A stretch of 51,981 nucleotides of DNA from a bacterium. Lineage in GTDB: Bacteria > Patescibacteriota > Saccharimonadia > Saccharimonadales > SZUA-47. The translations under genes were made by a program, and so were the position numbers. Below, one piece after another: positions 22,220 to 30,989 of this stretch. The notes beneath the pieces were generated by a model, which did no database searches, was not told the DNA's origin, and was given only the letters and a program-made list of their open reading frames with translations. The stretch covers positions 1-51,981 of the forward strand of contig JAUIKH010000001.1 of assembly GCA_030430915.1 (NCBI GenBank), read 5' to 3'. The first letter of the stretch is position 1. Each line of letters opens with the position of its first letter.

Positions 22220-24084
22220 AAACTAGACTGTATGACTCGAGATTTTGCCTCGTTTACCACTGTATTTATAAACTGTTCGTAGTGAAGCTCTGGATGTGTA
22301 TCTATCACAGATATATCTTTTCTGACTCTAGGCGTGACAATACCATTTGAGATTTCTTTTTCTCCTATAACTATTGAGTATGGCACTTTAGCCACTTCAG
22401 CTTGCCTAATTTTCTTGCCAACAGATTCATTGTCATTATCTGTATAAGTTCTAATACCCTTTTTCTTGGCATATTCAGCAATTTTTGCAGCCATTTCTAG
22501 TGTTGGCTCTTCTTGGTTAACAGTTATGATCCGCACCTGCTCAGGAGCCAACCATATCGGGAACTTTCCGGCTGTATGCTCAATATACACACTCAAAAAC
22601 CTCTCGAATGACCCTGCTATAGCAGCATGAATCATCACTATTCTTTCTTCTTCACTTTTTTCGTTTATACAAAATAGATCAAATCTTTCAGGCTGGTTAA
22701 AGTCTAGTTGAATGGTTGCAACTTGATGCTCTCTACCGATAGCATCCTTAGCTTGAAAATCAATCTTTGGACCATAAAAAGCAGCCTCTCCAACACCGAT
22801 AGTCGTTTCTTTTCCAACTCTTTCTGTTACAAGTTCCGTTAACGTTTTTTGAGCATCTTTCCATAACTTAATGTCACCTAAATATTTTTCTGGTTCATCA
22901 GGGTCCATAAAAGATAATTCAGCCCTAACTTCCATGCCGAAAACACCATAAAACCTCTCGATAATATCCCAAATTTTTAGAGCTTCTTCTTTAATTTGAT
23001 CACTTCTGCAGAATACATGTGCATCATCCTGAGTTATTGATCTTACTCTTGATAATCCTCCAAGCTCACCAGATTGTTCATCTCTATAAACCATTGTGGT
23101 ATTACTAAAGCGTATCGGCAGCTCTCTATAACTATGCGGTTGGGATGCGTAAATTTGTGTATGATGTGGGCAGTTCATTGGCTTCATTACAAATTCATGA
23201 CCTTCTCTAGTTGTCATACTAAATAGTTCATCTCCGAATTTTTCCCAATGACCACTTGTCTCGTACAAGTCTTTTTTAGTTATATGAGGTATATCAACCG
23301 GCAAATAATCATATTCTGACCTTAACTCTTGCACAAAATCATCTAAAGCCCGCCTAATTACAGTTCCTCTAGGAGTCCACAAAGGCAATCCTTGCCCTAC
23401 AAGATCCGAGAACACAAACAAATCCATTTCCTTACCAATCTTACGATGATCTCGCTTCTTGGCCTCTTCTAGCATTTGTAAGTGCTTGTTTAATTCTTCT
23501 TTGGTTTTAAATGCTACCCCATATAGTCTCTGCATTTGCGGATTCTTCTCATCACCCCGCCAATAAGCACCAGCAACTCTCATTAGTTTAAAAGCACCAA
23601 CTTTACCTGTACTTTCCACGTGAGGGCCCCTGCACAGATCTGTAAAATCACCATTTGTATAAAAAGAAACATCTCCAATTGCTACTTTTGACCCAGCTGC
23701 ACCTTGTATTCCTGAAGGCAAACCCATCATGGCCGCCTCCAATTCTTTAGCTTTTGTCGTGCCTTCTCTGTTCAAATCATTCAGCAACTCTTCTTTATAT
23801 GGCTGCTTATTAGATTTGGCCCATTTTAGAGCTTCATCTATCGATTTGTGTGATAATTCAAAAGTTTGATTCTGATTTATTACACTTCTCATTTCTTTTT
23901 CAATTTGCTTGAAATCATCTTCAGAGATAGTTGTCTCTGGTATATCTATATCGTAATAAAATCCATTCTCAACAACAGGCCCAACACCTAATTTTGCTTT
24001 AGGCCACAATTTCATTACAGCAGTTGCCATTATATGAGCCAAACTATGCCTCATTGCATACATTTCATCTGTGTTTTTACTCAC
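22216..24084 (-). CDS. thrS: Threonine--tRNA ligase (no N-terminal TGS domain)
   Basis: RHSLAH, DLCRGPH, RDHRKIG, KPMNCPHH, AAFYGPKID, TIQLDF. Confidence 0.98.
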   Translation of the reverse strand: MSKNTDEMYAMRHSLAHIMATAVMKLWPKAKLGVGPVVENGFYYDIDIPETTISEDDFKQIEKEMRSVINQNQTFELSHKSIDEALKWAKSNKQPYKEELLNDLNREGTTKAKELEAAMMGLPSGIQGAAGSKVAIGDVSFYTNGDFTDLCRGPHVESTGKVGAFKLMRVAGAYWRGDEKNPQMQRLYGVAFKTKEELNKHLQMLEEAKKRDHRKIGKEMDLFVFSDLVGQGLPLWTPRGTVIRRALDDFVQELRSEYDYLPVDIPHITKKDLYETSGHWEKFGDELFSMTTREGHEFVMKPMNCPHHTQIYASQPHSYRELPIRFSNTTMVYRDEQSGELGGLSRVRSITQDDAHVFCRSDQIKEEALKIWDIIERFYGVFGMEVRAELSFMDPDEPEKYLGDIKLWKDAQKTLTELVTERVGKETTIGVGEAAFYGPKIDFQAKDAIGREHQVATIQLDFNQPERFDLFCINEKSEEERIVMIHAAIAGSFERFLSVYIEHTAGKFPIWLAPEQVRIITVNQEEPTLEMAAKIAEYAKKKGIRTYTDNDNESVGKKIRQAEVAKVPYSIVIGEKEISNGIVTPRVRKDISVIDTHPELHYEQFINTVVNEAKSRVIQSSL

Positions 24085-24613
24085 TTACTTTCCTCCATAC
24101 ATTAAACTCTCTATTATCTTCTAACTCTGTTTCAAAAAGCTCATATCCCAGTCTTTTTGCTATACTGTTGCTCGCAATATTATTAGGTTCTGCTTTTATT
24201 ATAATCTCTTTAATTCCTAGATTATTAAACCCAAAATCACCAATAGTTTTAGCCGCTTTAGAGGTAATACCCTTTCCTGAAACATCTTCAGCTATCCAAT
24301 AGCCAATTTCTGGCCTTTTACCCTCTTCTAAGTTCATTAGACTAATGTGCCCGGCCAAAGCTCCTTCAACATACATTCCAAAACCATAGCCTAACCCTTG
24401 GGCTCTTTCATCTTCAGTCTTTTTGATAAATTCTAGGGAGTCTTCGGTAGATGTCGTTTGATTAACCCAAGGCAAAAAATTACCTAAATACTCTCTGTTG
24501 CCGTCAACTAAAGAAAACAAAGACTCAGCATCAGCTCTACTTAAGCTCTTTAACGTCAAGTTGTCATCTACATTTAATTGCTCGTATGAACCAGGCACAA
24601 GGCTTTCGCTCAT
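24077..24613 (-). CDS. RimJ/RimL-type GNAT acetyltransferase
   Basis: NREYLGNFLPW, EIGYWI, GKGI, NIASNSIAKRLG; start moved to the ATG after AAGGAG. Confidence 0.9.
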   Translation of the reverse strand: MSESLVPGSYEQLNVDDNLTLKSLSRADAESLFSLVDGNREYLGNFLPWVNQTTSTEDSLEFIKKTEDERAQGLGYGFGMYVEGALAGHISLMNLEEGKRPEIGYWIAEDVSGKGITSKAAKTIGDFGFNNLGIKEIIIKAEPNNIASNSIAKRLGYELFETELEDNREFNVWRKVSE

Positions 24614-24633
24614 TTCAGTCTCCTTTAAATTAT

Positions 24634-24793
24634 AAAAACGCACTCTAATAGCATTTATTGCTATCTTGTGCGTTCCGGGCCCAATATTATAGGCTGTTCC
24701 ACCGAAATCTTTCTCTCTTACAGTTTACGTAAACACACGTCCTCTGATAAACCCCGTGAAGCTCCATGGGTGGTGAGTCCACTTCTTAGCTAT
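24634..24793 (-). promoter_or_regulatory. T-box-like riboswitch leader of GNAT-thrS
   Basis: TG-c-TATAAT (24800-24808); antiterminator UUCGG-UGGAACA-GCC...GGC-CCGGA (24673-24706); terminator AACGCAC...GUGCGUUUUU. Confidence 0.7.
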
Positions 24794-24977
24794 GACTTAA
24801 TTATAGCACCTAATAAGTATTAGTATATAGCCTGTAATCCTTGGATTTCTATTGTCCAAATTAAATACAATTTAAATCATATTTAAATATGATTTTATAC
24901 ATAACAACAGGCAATATATTGATATGACCGTAGCTTAACCACTGCTACACCAAAACAGTAGCCAGACTGTTTTCCCC

Positions 24978-25250
24978 AAAGGCTAAAGCCTTTTAATAAT
25001 CATACTTTTTGCTCCAGGTCCAAAAGTACGCAAAATTCGCTGTACAGCGAACCGCTCCCAGGCAACAAGCTTGTAAAACAACCCTATATCATAATCACTT
25101 TTAAAATAGACTAGTCCTGCGGAACTCACTGTCTATAAGACAGATCAAACAGTCCTCGCCCTAATCTCTTTAAAAGTTGATTATGTTATAAGGCGTTTTA
25201 GCCCGATGGAGATCAAACATCTAGTAGATGTTTAGCCGGCTGGTAGCTTT
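24978..25250. repeat. Multi-hairpin palindromic intergenic element A
   Basis: aaaggc-taaa-gccttt; tactttt...aaaagta; ttcgctgtacagcgaa; long stem 25074-25200; aaacatcta-g-tagatgttt. Confidence 0.65.
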
Positions 25251-25281
25251 GTAGCCAAGCAGACCATAAAGAAGAATAACT

Positions 25282-25917
25282 TTAATCAATGAGTAAGCTT
25301 AGAATTTCATCGGACTTCTTTTTACTAAGTTCTAAAATTGTTAGTTTATGCTTATCAAGTACTTTATCCGTAATCCAAGTTCCAACTTTATAGACTATCC
25401 ATCGTTCCTTAATTTTTGGGTGATAGAACTTCCAATCTCTATATTTCTCTTCAAAATCCTTATTACTTATATGTTCTAACTTTTTGAACCATAGCTCCAA
25501 GTTTTTTTCTGGTACATTTCTATAATCTCCGTACGGTTGCCAAACTCCACAGTGTTCTCTTTCAAAAACTGTTGCCATGCCTTCGTATATAACATTATCT
25601 AGAGCCGAGAACGGACCAGTAGTGCCTGTAAAGTTCTGAAGTACATGAAATGCTTCGTGAAATATCGTAGGCTTGATATCTCTTATCTGTTTGTTTTTGT
25701 CTTTAAATTTTGGATCAATAGAAACCGTAATAGTATCAGGTGAATAAGCAAAACCACCAATGCCACTTTCTGGAATAATCCCAAAATCACTAAAGTAAAT
25801 ATTTATTGTTTTAGGTAGACCAGGTAGCAACTTGCAAACTTCTCTGTATGACTCATCTATACTTTTTTCAAAATTCTTGTCTGTTTTCTCGTTGTGATAG
25901 TAAATTATCTTTATCAT
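25282..25917 (-). CDS. Putative Zn-dependent peptidase (DUF2268-like)
   Basis: GIGGFAY, HEAFH, YEGMATVFE, YKVG. Confidence 0.8.
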   Translation of the reverse strand: MIKIIYYHNEKTDKNFEKSIDESYREVCKLLPGLPKTINIYFSDFGIIPESGIGGFAYSPDTITVSIDPKFKDKNKQIRDIKPTIFHEAFHVLQNFTGTTGPFSALDNVIYEGMATVFEREHCGVWQPYGDYRNVPEKNLELWFKKLEHISNKDFEEKYRDWKFYHPKIKERWIVYKVGTWITDKVLDKHKLTILELSKKKSDEILSLLID

Positions 25918-25984
25918 AAACTTACTATACCAAAAACAGAAAAACTACCTCTATAGATCAAGCGCAGACAAGGTTATGCACCAT

Positions 25985-26250
25985 CACTGAAAAGGCTTTA
26001 GCCTTTAGTGGAATATAGCTCCTTATAATCCTGCAGCTACCCCAGCCATAAAACAAGAATACCGATGATTTATAAATAATCTATTTTAAGAATCAAGCAG
26101 TAAGCTAATCCAAAAGTTTTCTACTCTTAAGCTACTTTTGGGCACCTTTAGGTGTTCTTACTGCGCTTAAAACAGTTATTTATATTCATAGTGCTATTCT
26201 TGTCGGGCTGGCAGTTTTGGCTTCCGTTTTGCTGTCAAAACGAAAGAAAT
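25985..26250. repeat. Multi-hairpin palindromic intergenic element B
   Basis: Inverted copy of the 17-mer of element A (25990-26006); long branched stem 26042-26211; cgttttg-ctgt-caaaacg. Confidence 0.65.
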
Positions 26251-26311
26251 ATATCAATGGCTTACAACCATAAAAGTGCTATTTAATTCAAAAGTCTTAC
26301 GTTGTTAACCT

Positions 26312-26356
26312 AAAAATAAAAACATCGTGTCCTCTCGCAAATAGACACGATGTTTT
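26312..26356 (-). terminator. Intrinsic terminator-like hairpin
   Basis: aaaacatcgtgtc...gacacgatgtttt with T-rich tail on minus strand. Confidence 0.6.
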
Positions 26357-26554
26357 CGTCTGGAGCTTTTATAAAAACCGCTCCCAGAACTCCCTCACTG
26401 CCAATATATTACAGCAAATAGTACTATAATGCTAGTAGATTTTTGCTGGCTTTATCCACACACTGTGGGAAAAAAATAATATATCATAAGCGGTATAATT
26501 TTTTGATATATTTGATAACAACACCTTAAATGATATAATTTACAAGTATTTCAG

Positions 26555-26631
26555 GGGCGATTAGCTCATTTGGCTAGAGCGCTACATTGACGTTGTAGAG
26601 GTGGCAGGTTCGAATCCTGCATCGCCCACCA
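26555..26631 (+). tRNA. tRNA-Val(GAC)
   Basis: gggcgat/atcgccc acceptor, ctaca-tt-GAC-gt-tgtag, ggttcgaatcc, encoded CCA. Confidence 0.96.
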
Positions 26632-26663
26632 TAAGATTATAATTAAGTCTAGGAGCTAAAGTA

Positions 26664-26852
26664 ATGAACAGTTCTACAGAATACCCTGACATAGATGCGC
26701 AAAACGAAGCTGCGAGAATAAGAAGCGAGAAGACCGGAAAGCCCTTTCATGAAACAGTTTCAGTAAGAGGAATGGCACGAGCTGTTGAGCAGACTCGAAG
26801 CCTCCTGGAACCCGTGGAACGACCTAACCCAGATCCTAAACCAGATAAATAA
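26664..26852 (+). CDS. Small hypothetical protein
   Basis: AGGAG SD, ATG, 62 aa filling the tRNA-tgt gap. Confidence 0.55.
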   Translation: MNSSTEYPDIDAQNEAARIRSEKTGKPFHETVSVRGMARAVEQTRSLLEPVERPNPDPKPDK

Positions 26853-26853
26853 C

Positions 26854-28065
26854 CTACTCCTTCTGATACCCCTCACATACCCTCATCATATACCGCAAAT
26901 TATGTATCGATGCCAAAGTTCCAGCCAAAGGCTCTTTAACTTTAAACTGATGACGTAAAAAAGCTCTACTAAACCCTTCTGAGCAAGCGTAACAATCACA
27001 ACCTTCTTCTATAGGCCTATTGTCAACCTCATATTTCTTATTAGTTAAAATCATCCTTTCCGTACTAGCTTCATTAATGGCGGACTCGTAGGGCTGTACA
27101 GTCTGGGATGGAGTTCGAGTATTGCCGCGAAGTCGTACATTAGGCACGGCTAGTGACGAAGCCACAGAACTACGCCCAGAATGTGCACCCTCACGTGTTC
27201 GCCACACCATGCCGTGTCGTGCATTGCGTGTAGGTAGCACACAATCCAGCATATCAATCCCGTTATCAACTGCTATCCGTAAATCTTCAGGAGTTCCTAC
27301 CCCCAATAAAAACCTGGGTAATTTCTTGTCATACAGAGGAGCTAAAGCTTCAAGTACTCTTTTCATCTCTTCTCGACTCTCACCAACAGATAAGCCACCA
27401 ATTGCAACACCGTCTACACCACTTTTTTGAACAATTTCTAAACTCTCTCTACGCAAACCTAGATCTAACCCACCCTGAACTACACCAAAAAGCATTGGTC
27501 GCTTGCTCTGTTCCATGTCCTTAGTAAGCTTTTTAAACACTGAAACGCATCTATCTAGCCATCGGTGCGTCCTATCAAATGCATCTTTAACTTGCTCATC
27601 TGTTGCCCTGTCTAGCCCAATTAAATGATCAAATGCTACTATCATATCAGCACCTAAATCTAGCTGTATTTGTATCGATTTTTCAGGTGTTATAAAGCGC
27701 TTATCACCATTTAGTGGGTTCTTAAATTCCACCCCTTCTTCATTTATTTTTACATGCTTATCTAGAGAAAATATCTGAAACCCTCCAGAATCAGTTAGAA
27801 TTGGTCCTTTTCTATTAGAAAATTTATGTATCCCACCCAACTCCTTAATAACGCTCTCTCCAGGCTGTAAATGTAAATGATAAGTATTAGCTAAAACAAC
27901 ATCCACCCCTGTACTTTCTACCTGCTCAGGAGTTAAACTTTTAACAGCTCCTCTGGTGCCATCTGGCATAAAAGTCGGGGTTTTTACCTTGCCCGCTCGT
28001 GTATTAAGCACACCAGACCGACCATATTGTCCGAATGTAAAATTTTCAACAAAATTATTGTTCAT
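26854..28065 (-). CDS. tgt: tRNA-guanine transglycosylase with ~40-aa internal insertion
   Basis: TPTFMP, ANTYHL, TDSGGFQ, VQGG, GGLSVGE, DCVLPTRNAR, CDCYAC...HNL; start assigned to MNNN. Confidence 0.95.
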   Translation of the reverse strand: MNNNFVENFTFGQYGRSGVLNTRAGKVKTPTFMPDGTRGAVKSLTPEQVESTGVDVVLANTYHLHLQPGESVIKELGGIHKFSNRKGPILTDSGGFQIFSLDKHVKINEEGVEFKNPLNGDKRFITPEKSIQIQLDLGADMIVAFDHLIGLDRATDEQVKDAFDRTHRWLDRCVSVFKKLTKDMEQSKRPMLFGVVQGGLDLGLRRESLEIVQKSGVDGVAIGGLSVGESREEMKRVLEALAPLYDKKLPRFLLGVGTPEDLRIAVDNGIDMLDCVLPTRNARHGMVWRTREGAHSGRSSVASSLAVPNVRLRGNTRTPSQTVQPYESAINEASTERMILTNKKYEVDNRPIEEGCDCYACSEGFSRAFLRHQFKVKEPLAGTLASIHNLRYMMRVCEGYQKE

Positions 28066-28092
28066 AACAGAGGTATAGTATAGCACGCACTA

Positions 28093-28121
28093 TTGACTTT
28101 TTTATCTCTTTATGTTAACAT
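28093..28121 (+). promoter_or_regulatory. sigma70 promoter with extended -10
   Basis: TTGACT-17-TAACAT with TG before -10. Confidence 0.7.
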
Positions 28122-28125
28122 AAGC

Positions 28126-28315
28126 ACGTTAAGGTGAGGTATGTGTGAAAAACACGTCGAACACGCTTGACGGCTTCAGACTCTTTTATGAAGAGTTGAC
28201 GTCAGTTCAGTTGCAACGCAACAGAGTTAGACGACCAAGACCAAGCCGTCAAAAGCGAACTTAACGGTTAGAGTGGACGACCGGGATCCCTTCTGTTTTT
28301 ACAGAGGGGATTTTT
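28126..28315 (+). ncRNA. Candidate multi-branched structured RNA
   Basis: Stems cgttaag/cttaacg and ttgacggctt/aagccgtcaa, inner hairpins, terminator atcccttctgt...acagaggggattttt. Confidence 0.6.
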
Positions 28316-28380
28316 GTTTACCACACCCTTTCACTATTTATCCACTAGCATTATGTCTTGCGTTATGTCAATATATTGTC

Positions 28381-28779
28381 ATGGTATGCCCTTATTGCAA
28401 TAGTGATACGAAAGTTACAAACAGCCGAGCACGCCTACATGGTACTCAGGTGTGGCGTAGACGAGTTTGTGTTAGCTGTGACAGCATATGGTCAACTCAT
28501 GAAATAATTGATCTTTCTACAAGCCACAAAGTCTTAAGCCGTACAGGGCAACTTCAACCATTTTCTAGGGATAAGCTACTGTTTAGCGTAAAAAGCTCGT
28601 TAAGACACCGAGAAACAGCTGAAAAAGATTCTACCGCCCTTACAGATACTATATTTGGCAAAATCCTATCATTAAAATCTCCAACTATTAAAACGACCCA
28701 AATTATAAAGATATCAGCTCAAGTAATTGGAAACTTTGACCATACAGCCGGCGAAGTATATAAATCACTTTACACTTGA
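28381..28779 (+). CDS. nrdR: NrdR-like regulator (Zn ribbon + ATP cone)
   Basis: MVCPYC..TKVTNSR..RRRVCVSC..STHE, PFSRDKL; ATG at 28381. Confidence 0.88.
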   Translation: MVCPYCNSDTKVTNSRARLHGTQVWRRRVCVSCDSIWSTHEIIDLSTSHKVLSRTGQLQPFSRDKLLFSVKSSLRHRETAEKDSTALTDTIFGKILSLKSPTIKTTQIIKISAQVIGNFDHTAGEVYKSLYT

Positions 28780-28812
28780 AGAGACAAAACAATAAGCCCA
28801 ACTACCAACAGT

Positions 28813-30426
28813 CTAATCTTCTTTGTGAGATGTAACTGTACCTTTTTCAGTTTTTACTGCTTTTTCTGTAACATCAAATTTACCCATATATTTACCGAAC
28901 ATCAATCTTGTCTGAGAATACAGTGCAGCCATCGAGCTGTAAAAAATAGTCGTAATTGGCAATAACCCCCATTGCAACACCATCATTACCGTTCTGTGCT
29001 TCTTATAACGCAATGGTTTAGGAGGTAGAATCTTAAAGCTTAGATATAAAGTTATTAGAATACCTAGCATTGCAATTGTTTGTATACGACTAGCCACCTG
29101 AGGCAACTGATTGGCAATAAAGTCTTTTTGGTGGAATATCCATGGTATCAATGCTCCAAAAGCTAATATCAATGGTGCCGTCGCCCAGCTAAAATGGCCC
29201 TCTAACAGTCTTAGGAACTTAAATATAACATCTGTTTTAGGTATCTTATTCTTTGTCATAAACCCATATTTAGCAACATAAGCTATATCTGATGAACCCC
29301 AAGCCCAACGCCTTAACTGTATAAATTGTGCTTTTAGTGTCCGTTTGTACCCATCAGCCAGCACCGCATCCTGATAGATTGGCAAAAATATTGGCACAAC
29401 TTCGTGTTTGCCATTAAAGGTAAAATAACTTCTCCAGAACTGATGACCATCCTCGACAATAGTTCTATTACTCCAAAAGTCCGTTTCTATTAATGATGCC
29501 AAAGGCTGAGCATGAGCAGAAAAGTTCCTAAGCATATGCTGCCTAAGACCTTGAATTAGCATCCAGTATGAGTTACCCGTAGCGATAACCCTCATGGGTG
29601 CAGGCGCATCCCAAATATTGTTTGTGAACATAGGTATAGGCTGAAACGACATATATAAAGGGTCGTGACAGACTGAATAGACATAATTTAAACAGCTAAA
29701 ATAGCGTTCATGAGGTCTATTATCTGCATCTAGGGTCGTAACCAATACATGCAAAGGATCAATGTCTTTTTCCTCTACTATCTCCTGTAACCTCCGCCCA
29801 GTATAGGTTATATTTGGTCCTTTTCCGATAACCTCACCTTTAACCCCCTTTGGATGCATAACTGCTTCAGTATGCATAAACACACCCTTATACTTATCTA
29901 GTATTTTCTTATTTTGGGCTATTGCAGCCTCTCCTCCACGCTCTTCATAGGCAAGCATGAGAATGATTTTTTTAGGGTCACCCTTGCTATTTTTTACAGC
30001 TTCAAGCGTTGGGATTAATGTTTCTTTTGTCTCGTTGTATGTTGCAATTATTACAGCATGGATTATTTGTTCAGAATCTATACCATTTGGCTCTTTATCA
30101 ATTCTTGCAAGGTTTTGCCTGTGCCATTTGGGATAATAATTGTTTTTATCTCTTTCTATTAAGTCTTCTGTGAGCTCTTCCCAGTCAACAGCAGTGTGCT
30201 CTTCAAATAACCTCCAGCCTTGCACTGACCTCATATTAAGCGCCACGGCTTTAACAAACCAAAGTATCAGATACCCTATCATTAAAATTACTGCAAGCTC
30301 TACATTAACTATGGCAAGAATAAAAGGTAGGCTTAAAGCAGTCCAAGCTAAGGTTCCTGGTAGAATTTCAAAGAATCTATACTTCCAGCTCTTTTTATTA
30401 TCATATGGTATTTCAAACTTACCCAT
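28813..30426 (-). CDS. Membrane GT2-family glycosyltransferase
   Basis: IATYNE, GKGPN, TTLDAD, IVED, QLRRW; flanking TM helices. Confidence 0.88.
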   Translation of the reverse strand: MGKFEIPYDNKKSWKYRFFEILPGTLAWTALSLPFILAIVNVELAVILMIGYLILWFVKAVALNMRSVQGWRLFEEHTAVDWEELTEDLIERDKNNYYPKWHRQNLARIDKEPNGIDSEQIIHAVIIATYNETKETLIPTLEAVKNSKGDPKKIILMLAYEERGGEAAIAQNKKILDKYKGVFMHTEAVMHPKGVKGEVIGKGPNITYTGRRLQEIVEEKDIDPLHVLVTTLDADNRPHERYFSCLNYVYSVCHDPLYMSFQPIPMFTNNIWDAPAPMRVIATGNSYWMLIQGLRQHMLRNFSAHAQPLASLIETDFWSNRTIVEDGHQFWRSYFTFNGKHEVVPIFLPIYQDAVLADGYKRTLKAQFIQLRRWAWGSSDIAYVAKYGFMTKNKIPKTDVIFKFLRLLEGHFSWATAPLILAFGALIPWIFHQKDFIANQLPQVASRIQTIAMLGILITLYLSFKILPPKPLRYKKHRTVMMVLQWGLLPITTIFYSSMAALYSQTRLMFGKYMGKFDVTEKAVKTEKGTVTSHKED

Positions 30427-30434
30427 TGTTATAA

Positions 30435-30797
30435 TTACAACGTCCTAGTCAGCGCATTGAAGATGATTATAGACATAATTAGCAATAGAATATTCATTCC
30501 CAGCAATCCTACAGCCAAATGTCTCCTTTTGGGATATATTTTTAGACTAAGGATAATTGAGGCTACTGTCACAACTACAGAAAATACAGCAAACTGGTAA
30601 AGCTCCTCTGTTGGCCCACTTATTTGACCAATTTTTGTAGTATCTCTATAAGCAACTATGCTTGTAGGGTTTTCAGACGGGTTTAAGCCCAAAATAACCC
30701 CTAAAAATGATAGTAAAAACAGAGCCATGTTGGCCCCTAACAGAGACAATACAGTTCTATCATGAAAATAATTCTTCGGAAGTTTCATATTTATCAC
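30435..30797 (-). CDS. Hypothetical 3-TM membrane protein
   Basis: Hydrophobic segments; start may be the ATG at 30788. Confidence 0.75.
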   Translation of the reverse strand: MINMKLPKNYFHDRTVLSLLGANMALFLLSFLGVILGLNPSENPTSIVAYRDTTKIGQISGPTEELYQFAVFSVVVTVASIILSLKIYPKRRHLAVGLLGMNILLLIMSIIIFNALTRTL

Positions 30798-30847
30798 TTA
30801 GTATATATGAGTTATTGAGGAGTGTAAAAACAGATTAAGATTTAAGA

Positions 30848-30921
30848 TGGTGCGAGTAGCGGGAGTCGAACCCGCCTCTCATGCTTGGGAAGCATACATA
30901 CTACCGATGTACTATACTCGC
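30848..30921 (-). tRNA. tRNA-Gly(CCC)
   Basis: gcgagta/tactcgc, tatgc-tt-CCC-aa-gcatg, ggttcgactcc, CCA. Confidence 0.95.
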
Positions 30922-30989
30922 ATAATATATTTAAAATTATAAACCAAAATATTTTACCACTTAAACAGATACTTAGAATAACTGCTTAT

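Noticed and set aside
26452..26470. oriC
   Set aside because: Only one perfect DnaA box, no dnaA, no change in gene strand bias
28126..28315. tmRNA or SRP RNA identity
   Set aside because: No tRNA-like ends or TPsiC arm, no SRP helix 8 motif
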